NCBI GenBank assembly: GCA_000697335.1
Contig: JNEM01009081.1
Location: forward strand, 1-43,110
Direction: 5' to 3'
Length of the DNA: 43,110 nucleotides
Source: Conidiobolus incongruus B7586
Lineage: Eukaryota
A program made the position numbers and the translations under genes. How positions within the stretch are numbered: the stretch's first letter is position 1; each line of letters opens with the position of its first letter. The notes under the pieces were generated by a model, which was given only the letters and a program-made list of their open reading frames with translations, did not search any database and was not told the origin of the DNA. Shown here one piece after another: positions 1-14,088 of the stretch.

Positions 1-6
1 TATCAT

Positions 7-34
<28 letters not shown>
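7..34. repeat. (TA)14 microsatellite
   Basis: Perfect TA run read directly. Confidence 0.9.
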
Positions 35-38
<4 letters not shown>

Positions 39-1765
39 CAAACATATTTATCTGAATTTTATAATTGGTATTGCAAACGAAGTATTAAAAATATATCAAT
101 TATGGATATGAAAGTGTTTCGAATGGATAAAATATTTAAAATATATTTGCTTGCTTTTATTTTTGAAAATGATTATTCCCAAATTAATCAACCAATAAAG
201 TTTTATAGAATTTTTTTGATTAACCGATTATATACATTATTGAGAAACGAATATTGAAATTAAAATATTTTCATAATGAAAAATATTTTAATCACATTCA
301 ACTTGTTTTATTATTTATTCTTGAAATTTTTAAAATGTAATATATAAATTTATTTAATAAATTTAGTTATTCAAGAAATCTATTGATTTATTTTATATTA
401 AAACAAAATATATAATTAATTAATATTTTTTCTACTATAAAATTAGATGAGAATAAAATGGTAATTCATTATTATATACTAAACTATATAATTAAAAAAT
501 TATTAGATATTATTTATATAAAACTAATGAATATATAACTATAGACAGATTAATCGATCATTATTAAATTATTTATATAAACAGACAATTATTATCAAAT
601 ACTTTATAAAAATACTATTTTATATTCATTTTTAATTTTTATTGTCGATTTGGGAAAAATATTATCACTTAATTATTCTTGTATTCTAATTATCAATTTT
701 TTAATTATATTTGAAAGGATTACTAATAATAATTTATTTTCACCCAATATTATCAGAATATTTCCTCAATTCTTTAAAAAATTAAAATATTAATAATGAT
801 TGTATGTTAAATAAAAGGTGTTATTATATATTTATTTTATTCAAATTAAATCATTAGCTATTGTAAAAGAATAATAAAATACAGAATCTTGCCTTTATAA
901 AAATTTAATGGTTTTTAATATTAAAAAACCTTAACCTCAATATATAATATAAATACAATTTATGACAACTTTAAATACCTGCTCTGTTTATAGTTATATT
1001 GAATAAATCAGAATTAATAAAAATATAAGCATTGTAAATATTTCTGATAATTTATGTAATATGATTTGGGAATATATATATGGAAGTAGAATAAATAGCA
1101 AATTTTACAAATTCTTTAACAGGAAATTCAAAGACTAGTCATCGAAGTTATATACTGTATTACTTCCTTTCTGAAATATAATATTTATAATTATTTTAAA
1201 ATTAACCAAGGTTATAGAACAATATATTAGTTATTAATTTAGAATGATTAAAATAAACAGATATTTATCAATTACAATATATTAATTATAATTTAAAAAT
1301 TTTCCAAATATATTTTATTTAGTTAAGTATAATAATTTAAACAAAATTTTTGAACATTAGAAAAGAGATATTAACTTTTAAACACTGGTTGATCTTAACT
1401 ATCTAAAAATAACAGTATTAAATTGCTATTATAATAACACCATTTACTTCATTCTGACTTGAAAAATTTAATATTTAAATTGTTTAATCTGGATTTATAA
1501 GTTATTTTTTGATTGAGAAGTCTGTATAATTTAATAATCTTAATTTTTTTTGTTGATTGATATATATTAAAAGAGTTTATTCCATCAGTTATTGAAATCC
1601 GTATTATAATTATAATAAATGTGCAAATTAATAAAGTAACTCTTATGTGTTTTGAATATTTATGTATAATTTTTCATAATGAAAACATTATTATTAATAC
1701 AAAGTGTTATTTGATTGTAAGTTAATTGATTAGAAGTATGTTTTTTCAAGACCCTCTATTAATAA

Positions 1766-2070
1766 TGTCATAATTTAACTATAAATTTATCATTATTATT
1801 TAACTAGGTGTTGCATTTCAAAATTAACCATCCATCCTGATTCGATCGTTAAGCTAATGCTAATTCTAATTCAGGCTGGCTTTGTCAGTCCATAATTAAA
1901 GTAACTCCTTGTTAGATTTTAACCAAATCCTATATCATTCACTGAATCAACTATTTAAACCTAGAAGTGAGAAAGAGAAAGAAAAGGTTTTTTCTGGATA
2001 TTCTGGTACAGCGTCTCAACAGTAAGCTTTAAGACATACAGTCCCGATACATTAAAGAGCAGGATTAACA
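1766..2070. mobile_element. Possible degenerate solo LTR
   Basis: GC-elevated ~305-bp island bounded by TGTCA...TAACA with near-duplicated flanks AATAA/GATAA. No second copy in the window and the boundaries are uncertain. Confidence 0.3.
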
Positions 2071-2777
2071 GATAATATACTAAATCGTATTATGAATACT
2101 TTACTAACAACGATTTATATTTACAAAACATGATAAAACACAACACAAGGTATTAATTTAATTATTGTATTAATTTAATAATCTAGCTATCTAATTCTAG
2201 GTTCAAGGATATATTAATTGAGGATTTTATATAATATTTACATATATAGAAAAAAACGCTATCTAGAAAATGGATCAATTCTTTTAATAAATATCTTGAA
2301 TTTTTAATTAGGAAATAAAATTTAAAAAAATTTCCATATTTGTCTAAATCCGATATTAATAAAATCAATCAAATTTAAAAAATTACAAAAAAATATTCAA
2401 AATTTAAGGATAAATATAATTGTAGTTGATACTTAAAAGTATTTATATCTAAATAATCAGATGTTAGGTATTTGGGATATATATATATATATTAAATGAA
2501 CACTATTTTCATTATAAACCACAGATATTAAGGAATAAAGGTTATAAATTGTCTATCTAATAATTTTTAAGTTCTTTCAAAAATTTAAAGTATAAAATGT
2601 GCATTATAAATGCCCTCATAATATTGGGTTTATTAATAATATCCTAAGATCAACTTATATCATTTCATTCTATGGTTATAGTTATCGTTATATCTAATGA
2701 AATATTGATATTTTTATTAATAGCTGGTATATTCATAATTGATTTTTTTACCTTAAAAATATTATTAAAGCAATTAT

Positions 2778-3113
2778 TGTTAATACTCCTTGGGAAAGTC
2801 GTGTCCAGAATAAATTGGATAAAAGAGAGAGATCTGGTGAATTCCAGGTAAGTGTTAGGGAGATAGGGAGTTTATTGATTTAAGTCAAATAGCTGGGAAG
2901 ACCCAGATCGAACCCATCTTGTTGAGGATAGCTCTAATTCGGGGTTTTATATAGTGTGAGTTGGGTAAAGTGATTTATGAGGTTCCCTGATTACTTGCAT
3001 CATTGGCCAATTAAAAGATAGAGTGGGAGCAGATGGTGTGCGAGGGGGAAATGACTTCAGCATTAAGGTGATGTAAAATACTTGGGTAGAAGGTAGTCAC
3101 CTAGCTCGTGACA
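2778..3113 (-). mobile_element. Solo LTR-like element (336 bp)
   Basis: GC-rich non-coding island bounded by TGTTA...TGACA. The minus strand starts TGTCACG and has TATATAAAA (2953-2945) followed by AATAAA (2876-2871), which is U3-R-U5 order. Flanks TTAT/TTGT are an imperfect 4-bp TSD. Confidence 0.6.
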
Positions 3114-3539
3114 TTGTTTTGAAATTTACCTACTAAGAATTTTAGAGTCCCATTGAACTATAATAAGATTTCAAATGAGTTATATTCTATTTTCTTATAA
3201 AAATTGGATAATCAAATGAATTTGTTTATTAAATGCGATTATTGACAATACATTATTTTTTAATAGAATTTTGAATAATATTGAAGTATTAATTAAATTT
3301 TGCTAATTCAATTTTCAAATTACGCTTACAATATATATTTGAATTTTATTAGGGAATTATTAAATGTTAATACTTTCTGAATATTTTTAAATAAAGAATA
3401 ATAATTGAAAAGGCAAAAATACTAGTTAAGTGGCATTGCAAACCTGTTAAATTCTTTTAATTGTAAAAGGATTATTGGTATAGAAAATTGTTCAAATCAT
3501 TAATAAAAATATTTAACCTCAAAAATATAATTTAAATTT

Positions 3540-5094
3540 TTATTCATAAAGTAACTTCCAATTAATATGATCCTTATATTTTGGACTGTTATTGATCATA
3601 TTAATAATCAAGAAAATAAGGTGGTTTAAATTATTTTGGAATTCGATTGAACCAGAAGTCTTACTTTTCATTTTCAAGCAACCGATAAAGCACATAATGA
3701 ATAACATACATTTCACTCCTTCCCTAGATGGTTCAACCTGTGAAATACACTGAATCAAATCGAAGTTTAGTTGAATCCAATTATTTTCAATCAAGCTATC
3801 AGAGAAATTATTTAATAATAGAGTATAAAGTTGATGTTTCATCAGTAGGTATTTCAAAGTCATTTCCACTTTCAAGCATCGTAGGAAGCTGGGTTTAAAA
3901 AAGTCTAAATGGCTACAGTATATTTCATCCAGCTTTTTCAATAGTAGAGTAATCTCATCCCTGTCAATTTGGCCCCGTACTGTTATTTGTGATAGGGGTT
4001 GGCAAATATGTAAATTTACCAAAAAGTAATAATCATGAGTAACTTGGATGCTATACGCTATAACACAGTCCTGATAATTAACTTGATGAGGATTGTTAAG
4101 CTGTAGGGTCCAATCGAATTTAGGATTAAAATCGCTAACACCTTGAAAAAAAGCAAAATTGGATGGAAAGTCTGCCGTGGAAAATATAAAGTCAAATACT
4201 TTGATAAAGGCCAAATACCTTTCATAATTCCCTTTAGTGCTTAAGAGATTGCATCTATTGCATATACCTAATAAATCACCCACTTTAATTGCATTATATA
4301 AACATAGTTTTTTCATTCGATGATTTCCCCTCCGTTGATATGTAAGATATAGTAAAATATAACTTTGCATCAATTTTAGACTGACTGGAGAGTGTAATAA
4401 ACTTTTTAGAGTAATTTCTTCCAAATTCTTCATTTTGTGATCGGTAATTTTAGTACGATGTTGATAATTGTCATAAGCCAAAATATAAATACAATTGGAC
4501 CGAAGCCAGCATTCCGTAATGTCAAAATAAGGTAAACTGAATAATGGATGGTATGGATGAATCTGGTCGAAATATATCTGTAGTAAAGAAGGCCAAAACA
4601 AGGGATTAAGAGTGTGGTCATTAATTGGATCGACTATGACCAAGTAAGTTGAGTCATCAGTCAGTTGGGTGAATATATCCATGCTTAACGATAATATTGA
4701 CATTATCTTGGAATGTTGAGAAGCTTCAACAGGTTGAGGGTAAGGAGATAAAAATTGTCCATTTGGGTATAAAATAGGAGACTCAGGTGTCGATGATAAT
4801 TGTGTTTTGGCTAAATAATTTAATTAATAAAATATTTACATATATTTGAATATTAAATATACCCAAAACCAATTCGTTTTTTAATTTTTTAATCTCTTTT
4901 GTTTGAATAAGACGACATAAAATCTTAGGATTTTTACCAGTTCTGCTAAAATTCTCACATTCATAACCGTTTTCCACACACCGAGAGCATTTAGGCAGTT
5001 TTTTATCACACTTCTTTTTGTATAATCGACACTTGGTACAAGCAAATTTATTTTTATTAGAGTTAAAAGAAGTCTTTGGAAATACTGATAACAT
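3540..5094 (-). CDS. Zn(II)2Cys6 (GAL4-type) transcription factor, 2 exons (5094-4863, 4810-3540), ~500 aa
   Basis: ACTKCRLYKKKCDKKLPKCSRCVENGYEC binuclear cluster in exon 1. Removing intron 4862-4811 joins it in frame without stops (..LVLA-KTQLSSTPESP..SKIMSIL..) to ORF 3540-4703, which has a fungal TF middle-region-like motif (LLQIYFDQIHPYHPLF). ATG at 5094 is preferred over the TTG at 5109. Confidence 0.88.
4811..4862 (-). other. Spliceosomal intron, 52 bp, phase 1
   Basis: GTATAT...ATTTAG on the minus strand. It restores the frame; the alternative GTAAAT donor at 4839 does not. Confidence 0.8.
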
Positions 5095-8000
5095 TTTAAA
5101 AAGTGGCAAAATCTACTTTTTTTCGAAATTTGAATGGAACTTTGATAATTATATATATCTATATATATATTTTAATAGGAATCATTATGAATAATAATTA
5201 TGGGTTAAATATAACTTCGCTATTATTTCTATATATAAATTTTATCCTGTTAAACCGGATTTGATTAAAAAATATGTGCAAAAAAGTAAAATAATACTGT
5301 GTATATATAATATTTTGAATTATAATTGTCAATATATATTAGATTATAATGAAAAACAGTTGAGTTTTTTATTTTTGGAGAAATAATAATCAAAAATACT
5401 AGAGTATTGATTGTACAGAATATTAAAAATTTCATTAATTATATTAATCCTACAATTTGGTTTGTTTATTTTACAATTAGTTTACTCCACTATTCTTATT
5501 TCATGCATGATTATTGATCAGTTATTTCATGTAAAGCTGTTGTATAATTTACTTATACAACTATGGTATTTTTCAAATATCATGTTCAACAACTAAGAGT
5601 TTGCTTAATTTGCTAGAAGCCATTGTCAATTGCAAATTTCTAATAAAAATTCTGCAATAATAAATCATAACCATTATTTGGATGATATTTATTCAAAATT
5701 TATTAAAAATAACTTGTGAGAAGAGATATTAATTTTTTGTTAATTTCAAACTCTAATAGGAACCCATTAAAACCACCAAAATCCAGTTAATTTAATTTTT
5801 TTTCCATTCCTTGACTAAGGTTTAAAATATAAGTGATTCACTGAATTATAATTTAATCGAATCTAAATTAAAAATTGATTTGATTTAGCAAATACATATT
5901 TAGTATTATCATTAATAACGTATACCCATAACTCATTTCATCGTTATTTATATTCATATTTAATCTTTTAAAGCAAAATTTCGACACTTAAAGATGTAAT
6001 CTGATAAGAAAATCATTATAAATCTTACACAGAGCAATAAATAGTATGGATTCTTGTTTTAGGGATAATAAAATTCGGCAATTGGCTGAAAAGATATTAT
6101 GAAAATTAATTCGAGGATTATAACTTAGTCAAATATATTACTTTTAAAAAAATTCAATATAATTATTATCAATTAGTACAGTTATCTATAGATATTTTTA
6201 GTATAATTTGGCCTGAAACCATTAATACAAACATAACCACATCTTTTCAGCATCCTATTATTTACTATTTAACCTGTTTTCAAATATGTTATTCAAATGA
6301 TACCATATTCCAAAAACCAATATAAAAAAATCCACCCTAAATATTCATGCAGTTTTCAACGGAAATGAAATACATGTCTTTAGGTTAAGATCATTATAAT
6401 TAACAAAATTGAATATCAATATGGAAATGTATCATAATAATATATTGAATTTTGCGAATAATTTCAATTCAGGCTGTTTTCAAAATATTTAGTTTCCATT
6501 TGGAACTTGGTCTTTGGCAACCTGATTCAAATAATAAAGCAAAATATTTGACAAAAATATTCCCAACACTTTAGTATGCACTCAAATTAAAAAATTAATT
6601 TACAATCAATGATATAATCGATATGCAGCATAGCAAATTGGTGAAACTTATATTTGTGATTTTAGTCCAATGTTATTTAATTCAAATTTAAATATATTAT
6701 CACATCTATATATGATACTATTGGAAAAGTGTTTAAATATCGTCAAAAATATTATTGAATTGAAATTTGAATTATATTATTTATTTCGATATTATCAAAT
6801 GATATTATTAATGAATATTTAAATATTTGTCTTTACAAAATAATTATTTTGTTTTAATACGCTACAATGTGACATTGATAATTTCATATTTTCAAAACCT
6901 GTTAATCAAATAAATCGAAAAGCATAGAAGTTCAGATTGTTATATTTAAAAATCAGATTATATAAAAATAACTGCGGGTGTACAGTATATTTATTTTATA
7001 CAAATATTCTAAATATTTTAACGCTATATGAAAAGCTTAATTATATAATATTGGTAAATAATTTAATAACTTGGTGATATTTGAAAAAGATACTCACTCA
7101 AGTGCCCATTTTGTAATTATTGAGGCATAACTGCACCTAAAGTATGCTTGGATTAGCAATATTTAAGAAACTGGAGATTTTATTAATTTTCGTACAGAAT
7201 TTGATGCAAACGCTGATTAACTAGCTTTCAAGATGTATTTTTAAAAAATTGAGTTTTGTTAGCAATTTATTTCTATATTTTGATAATAAAACTAGAGTAA
7301 AATTATTATTTCAATTTAATACCACTCTTTTTAATAATTAATAATAGTAAGGTGAATTGAAATTAGTATTAAATTATTTATGCCCAAATTAGGATAAAAT
7401 CAATTTGGATTATTATGAATCTGAATTAATTCAAAAATCCAAATATCATTTCTTTTTTATACATAGTTCAAAATATTCTTTACATTTCAATTATTCTGTT
7501 TTAATAATTATATTAATTTCAATATTTTTAATATTTTCGTTCAAATATAAAATAAAAATAATACATTTTATTATGATTTTTATCCAAGTTTTGATTAAAA
7601 ATATATAATTCATTAACTATCAACAAAATTTATAATTGTTAAAAATAGTTAAAGTGACTTGATTTTTCATTTACCTATTTCGTCAAAATGTTAAATTTTT
7701 ATAATGAAACATTCTATATAAAAAATCACTACATATAGTAATATATTTTATGTTAATAAGCAATTTTGGAAATTATTCCACTGTTCGACATTATATGTCT
7801 CCAAATTTAGTATCTGAAAATATTTAAATTGTTTTCAGCGTTGGGTTAGAACATATATTTTTGAAAATTCAAATTTATTTTAGAATGTACCTTGAATATA
7901 TTAGAGGGATGTGTATATATAATAATTGATCAATTAACTAATTAAAGGCTGTTAATGCCATAAAGTTTTTAAATTTAACTTTACAGATTATTCTAAATGT

Positions 8001-9711
8001 AAAATAACCTAGCAATAATCCATAAAATACATTGAAAAATTTCTTCAAATAGCGAAGAAGTTAGAATCGATAAAATATACTGTGTGGGAAAAATAGTTTA
8101 TTAAGATAACTTAATGATTATTCTTTAAATTGAATTGATGGAAAAAGTAGTAAATATAATATACATAGAAACAATTTTATATGAATTATTGAAACATAAT
8201 GTCGATTACAATATTTTTATAAAATAACAGGTTAATAAGATTTGGGAAGTAGGCAAATCTATAGTATATAATTTATTTTCTTTTGTAAATATAATGAAAT
8301 TGAGTTTTTATTACTAATAACAAAATTTAATTCTGAAGCTATAGCTTTTAATTTATAAATTTAATGAAAAATAAATAATAAATTTATATATATATATATA
8401 TAATTTAGATAATTATTATACCCAATTTAATGGATCGATGAATTAAAGTAGTTAGCAAATCGCCGATATAGTTGTAATATACAAAGTTTTATTTTAACGA
8501 ATATCTATACTATAACATTGATCTACGCAAGATCAGTCATCACGTTTTATCCTGTTCTCTATTTTATAACAAATAATTTGGATTTGATACTATGATTCAA
8601 TACTTTGGGGTAATCACAATGCTATCAACCAAATGGCCTGGGAAATTCAAATGGTCAAATGTTGATAATTTCTTGGAGTCAAGTCAGATCAATTGATAAT
8701 AACAAACATCAATTCCTTTCACTGCAACCATTCTCGCATAAAAAATCAAAACTCCATCGTAGTATAGCCTAAGGCATATGTGAACTGAGGACAACAAGTG
8801 ATCTTACCTCTAAGATAAATTTGAGTAGATCAATTCCTCTATTTAATTTAAATGAATTTGATAGTCTTAATTTCCTAATAAATATGATTTCATCTGGAAT
8901 TTCAAAATCTTTTCACTAACGAAAAGTAGACTAGAGAATGAAACTATATGCATGGATTCATAGATGAAATTCATTCGCTCATCCTTAAAATCATACTGCT
9001 ATACTATCAATGGTATGCTATCCCTGCTTAGCCATATGTTATAATATAGCAGATGTCTTGTAACATACTAAAATTCTTTGAACAAAACAATTTAATTTAA
9101 ATTTTGCAATAAAAATTGAAACAAATGGATGAAATCATCATTAAAATGAATGAAATCATTTTTCAAGTCTCCGATTATAAACCTAACAAAAACTAATCAA
9201 ATTGAAAGGTTAGACACATTGTCACGCGTTCCAATCTTCCCCAATCCATTTAAGGAACCAATCAAATTGCTTAATTCCCTCTTTACAAACTTTTGAGTAT
9301 TTGAACCATTATAATCAAATTTACAAATATATATTATCATTAGCAAAGCAATTTTGAATTACTATATTTGATATTAGATCGTTCAATTAATAACCAATTC
9401 AAACGAGGAAACATTTAATTATTGATAGTATGAAATAATGTTCAGTAATTGGTATATAAACCTACAATGGAGTTTTCCCTATATTATTTTATTAAAATTC
9501 AATTTTAAAGTTGAAAAATTAAAAAAAAATTTTTTCGACTATATATCTTTTTTATTAAAGTAAATAGATTGAATTGAATTAATTTTAAAATTGATAGAAA
9601 ATTGTCGGTTTGTCGTCTTTTCTGATATCGAATTTGGCTGATTATTCAGCTTATCCTCCTTAAATTTTGTATTAATTATCTTTTATAAATTGTTTATTAC
9701 TCCTGAAAATA

Positions 9712-11319
9712 ATGTCAAGTGAAACAAAAGTTATTCTTTCTCATCACACTCTTCTCGACGATGATGAATATTCAACATGCTCGAACTGGTCATGCAAGTT
9801 GAAATCGTGGACACATACAGTCCTCGTAACTATTGGGCTGACCCTTGGTGCATTCATTGCCTCGCTGAGCGAAGCGGTGGTATCCACAGTGACAGACACC
9901 ATAGCGAACGATTTAAAATCCTTTGGTGCACTCACATGGATAGCAGGAGGGTACATGCTATCTTTAGTTGCTTTCTGCCCTCTCTTTGGCAAGTTAAGCG
10001 ATATTTTTGATCGAAAACCTGTAATGGTATTTTCGGTCGTAGTGTTCGCATTGGGATCTTTGGGTTGTGCGCTGGCAAGAACAATGCCCATGCTGATTGG
10101 ATTTCGCATCCTTTCCGGCATAGGAGGAAGTGGTTTATTATCTCTCAGTTACATCATGGTTTCTGATATTATTCCCCTTGATAACAGATCATCCTATCTA
10201 AGTTTAGTATCCACAATATTCGCACTGTCTAACATCCTGGGTCCGATCATTGGGGGAATCATCGCCGAGTATTCTTGGCGAGGTATTTTCTACCTTCAAA
10301 TTCCTCCATGTATTATTTTGGTTTTGATTGTAACCTTCGTGCTCGAATTACCCAAATCTGAAGGTAACATGCTATGTCGTCTAAAACGAGTAGACTTTCT
10401 AGGCTGTATTACATTAACAGTATCCGTGGTCCTATTAGTTCTGGCCACTAATTGGGGAGGTAAAGAATATGAATGGCATTCGGTTTTAATTATCACATTA
10501 TTTAGCTTATCATTTGTAATTTTCCTAATATTTATTATTATTGAATGGAAATTCGCATTTGAACCCATATTACCTGGAAGAATATTTAATCGCAATATCA
10601 TTCTAGTGAATTCAGCTCACTTCTTTGCAGGTGCTATTAGACTTGTCATGGTATTCTATTTCCCCATATATTTTCAAAATGTTAAAGGCTTAACTCCTAG
10701 TAAATCTGGATACCAATTAATTCCATTTATTTTGTCGATATCGGTATTTTCAGTTGTTTCGGGGTATTTGGCCCAATTGGTAAGATCTATTCGAGGAGTC
10801 ATGTGGTTTGGGAGTGTAATTAGCTTAATTGGTGTTTGTTTATTTGCATTTATGCCTAAAATTGAAAGTACTACAGTGGAAATGGTTGTTGTTATTGTAA
10901 ATGGTATGGGCTTGGGATTGTATCTTCAATTGATTACGCTTACTTGCCAGGTGAGTGTGCCCCAAGAAGATGTCGCAATCAGCACAGGATTCTCGGGTTT
11001 TAGCACTAATATTGGCGGCATAATTGGTATAGCAGTAATTGGGAGTATCTTTGACAACACTTTGGTTAATCAAATCTCAAAACATCTACCTGACTACTCA
11101 GCACACCAACTGATTTTACCTGAAGTAGTCAAAGGCCTCAATTCACAACAATTACAGCTATTAAGGCAAAGTTATTTCGAATCATTTCAATTATCATTCA
11201 AATTTTTGATCCCTTTTAATATAATTACCATTATGTTTTTATTAGGTTTAACGAACATAAAAATTGATTCGAAAAAAGTTTTTGATATTGAAAGAAATGA
11301 AATTGAAATTAAAAATTAA
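9712..11319 (+). CDS. MFS transporter, DHA2 (14-TMS drug:H+ antiporter; Azr1/Sge1/Vba-like) family, 535 aa
   Basis: Many hydrophobic spans. Motifs LTWIAGGY, PLFGKLSDIFDRK (motif A variant), FRILSGIGGSG, GPIIGGII, WRGIFYLQIP, RVDFLG, NWGG.EYEW.S, EPILP. Confidence 0.92.
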   Translation: MSSETKVILSHHTLLDDDEYSTCSNWSCKLKSWTHTVLVTIGLTLGAFIASLSEAVVSTVTDTIANDLKSFGALTWIAGGYMLSLVAFCPLFGKLSDIFDRKPVMVFSVVVFALGSLGCALARTMPMLIGFRILSGIGGSGLLSLSYIMVSDIIPLDNRSSYLSLVSTIFALSNILGPIIGGIIAEYSWRGIFYLQIPPCIILVLIVTFVLELPKSEGNMLCRLKRVDFLGCITLTVSVVLLVLATNWGGKEYEWHSVLIITLFSLSFVIFLIFIIIEWKFAFEPILPGRIFNRNIILVNSAHFFAGAIRLVMVFYFPIYFQNVKGLTPSKSGYQLIPFILSISVFSVVSGYLAQLVRSIRGVMWFGSVISLIGVCLFAFMPKIESTTVEMVVVIVNGMGLGLYLQLITLTCQVSVPQEDVAISTGFSGFSTNIGGIIGIAVIGSIFDNTLVNQISKHLPDYSAHQLILPEVVKGLNSQQLQLLRQSYFESFQLSFKFLIPFNIITIMFLLGLTNIKIDSKKVFDIERNEIEIKN

Positions 11320-12199
11320 AAATCGTAATCATCATTATTAATAATATTAATAAATATATAATATATCACATATTTCATTCAATATGTAAATGATTTATTT
11401 ATATCATTTAACTAATATCCAATACATCTTGATAATATGTATATAATAATATTGATCAATTTTTTTATAAAAAAATACTTGACCAGAAAATTTAAATAAA
11501 TTATATAAATTTTGAAAACTTTCATTAAATATGATGTTTATATATATTTAGTTAATCATATTCAATCCATTATTTATATTTATATTAATATAATTTACCA
11601 TATACAACTAATTTTTATCTCGGGGACATTATTCTACAGGTCATCTCTCCCAACCTAATAATAAAACGGAGACATTTAAAAATATATAGAAATTGAAAAA
11701 AAATAATTGGAGTACTTGATAATAATTTCAAGAATTTACATTATTATCCAATAAAACATCCAGTGAAATAGATATTTAATTTCCCTAATTCGTCGATTAT
11801 AATCATAACAATTTATTATTTCATTACGCTTTACCTGATAATACTAACGAATATTGTAACAAAGATCAACAATTATGAATTACTTTAACCCTACTTCTTT
11901 ATTCTATTAAGTTTAATATATTTTATAAATTATATTATTATCATTTTTGGGATTTGATTTATTGTTTTTAATATATTGATTAAAATGTAAATTATACTAT
12001 ATAAATTGATTTATTTATCATTTGAATATCTTATCCATTTAATTGTTCTTATTATTAAATTGATTATATAGGATTACTAGGACGTATACAAGTTTTTACT
12101 TTCGATTTATTTGCATAATTATTATTTGAAATGGAAGAGATCAAATTTAGTAATTTAATTCATATAATTTGAAAATCCATTTTCCTTGAGCTGATCATT

Positions 12200-12815
12200 T
12201 TACATTAATGTTAAAATTTGCCATTTGAAAAATTTGGAGATAGTAGGTAGCTATATAATTGTATTATCTATATTTTTAAATGGATTATAGATAGTATTAA
12301 TAATAATTTAGAAAGTAACTTTTTAATAACGACACAATATATTCATAGATTAATTCTTGCTATTTAATAAGGGTGACGCAAATTTCGAATTATAAGAGAA
12401 TTTGTATAGCTTGAACAGTTCAAAAAGATACAATATAAGTATATTAGATAATAAACAATGATTGTGAATTTGAAATAAAAATGAAATCATTTAGTTTCAA
12501 AAGTTTCAAATTTGATTATTTTTCATTATTAAAATAAAATGGTGGCAACCAAAATTAAATATCAAAATAAATCTAAAACCTTCAAACATTGTTATCATTG
12601 ATAGGAAATAAGAATCGTAGATGATTTAATTTTGGGTAATTTTAAAGATTTGGAAATATTTATCGTGCGACAAAATATATACCTCACATTATCTTATTAG
12701 ATATCGTTTCAAATTAGATAATTGTCAATTATTACAAATATTGGATTTAGTTTACTGCACTGTTGGCTTTTTACTGAATGACACAAGATTATCTTCTTAT
12801 CTTGAAATCAATTAA
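12200..12815 (+). pseudogene. Possible decayed leucine-rich-repeat (F-box/RNI-like) gene remnant
   Basis: Short stop-interrupted frames give LRR-like peptides CHLKNLEIVG (12219-12248) and DNCQLLQILDLVYC (from 12717). No continuous ORF. Confidence 0.25.
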
Positions 12816-14088
12816 GCTTTATTATTTATGTAATTGTTAAAATATTTGTAATAACACTATATATTATCCATTCTATTTATAATAATCCAAGTCAAATTGA
12901 AGAATCTAATCAAAATCTATATGTGATTTTATTCAGTCGATATGGGTGATATATTTTCAGGTTTTGTTATTATATATTTGATCTATTATCATCATAAAAT
13001 AGAAACAGAATATTAAAAGATAAAATATGAAATCAATGATTATAATTTGGAAAATGATTTCAATTTTAATCAAGGAAAATAAGTATATACCTAAAAATAT
13101 TGATATTATCTGGATTGATTGGAATTCTAAAAGGATCTATTTATGGAATTAAGAAAATCTATACTTTTAAATATAATATATTATTATGATATAATAAAAA
13201 CATTTTTACCTTCCTATATAAATAAACACTGAACTTAAGTATTGTGAAATTTAGTTTAGTTACATTAATATAACCTTGGTGTTATTTAATTTATTAGGAT
13301 CATAATAATTTATAAAGCGTGTATTAATCAAAATTAGTACAAAATAAAATTTACGCTAATTTTAATTAAGCTGAGGATACTGGAAGTATAATACATATTT
13401 AATCAATAATTGAATTCTAATTCTTCAAATCATCTATTGGTAATTTTAGGAATAAAATTTAAATATTGTATTATAAATTAATATTGTTAATATGTTATAA
13501 TATATTAATTTTTTTAAACCAATAACTAATATACTAAATAAATATCTTATAGCTAAATATCTCCTTAGTGAAAAATTGATCCTATTTTTTCTTTGAAATA
13601 TATTTTCATCTTATATAAATGAATAAGATATCAGCTATTTTGCTAATTGATATTATTTTGGTTATTCAATTGAAATATATAATATCCTTAAATACTTATA
13701 AATAAAATTATTATTAATCATTTATTTTCCATAATTAAGTCAATATTATAGAGATTATTATTGTAAAAATTAAAAAGAAATATTCATCAGAATTTAATGC
13801 ATATATATATTACTTATAATAATTTATTATTAGAACTTTTTCTTTTTTCAGAATCAAATATAATTTACATAAATTAATTTATTTCAATATATTAATTTAT
13901 AAAATTACAGATTTTCATATATTTAATATTGACCTAAAGTGGATTATACTATAGTTATTCGGTTTAATCTCTTTTTATCATTAATGAACCTTTATAAAAT
14001 TGATTTAAAATAAGGGGATATATAATTTGTTACAAAATTTTTGACTTAATAAAAAATCTTAAAATCAATCAATATGTTAGATAGTTAT

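Noticed and set aside
5440..5700. INPTIW and YLDDIYS peptides resembling TF1 motifs
   Set aside because: Spacing does not fit the TF and the similarity is too short to support a pseudogene call.
2183..7608. Short AT-rich ORFs (2183-2368, 5411-5596, 7405-7608; also 16686-16880, 17168-17356, 29990-30199)
   Set aside because: Non-ATG starts, low-complexity composition and no recognisable domains. 17168-17356 is antisense to the TF pseudogene.
9744..11073. Short ORFs overlapping the DHA2 gene (9744-10121, 9777-10010, 10296-10601, 10840-11073)
   Set aside because: Antisense or alternate-frame shadows of a well-supported CDS, with no motifs.
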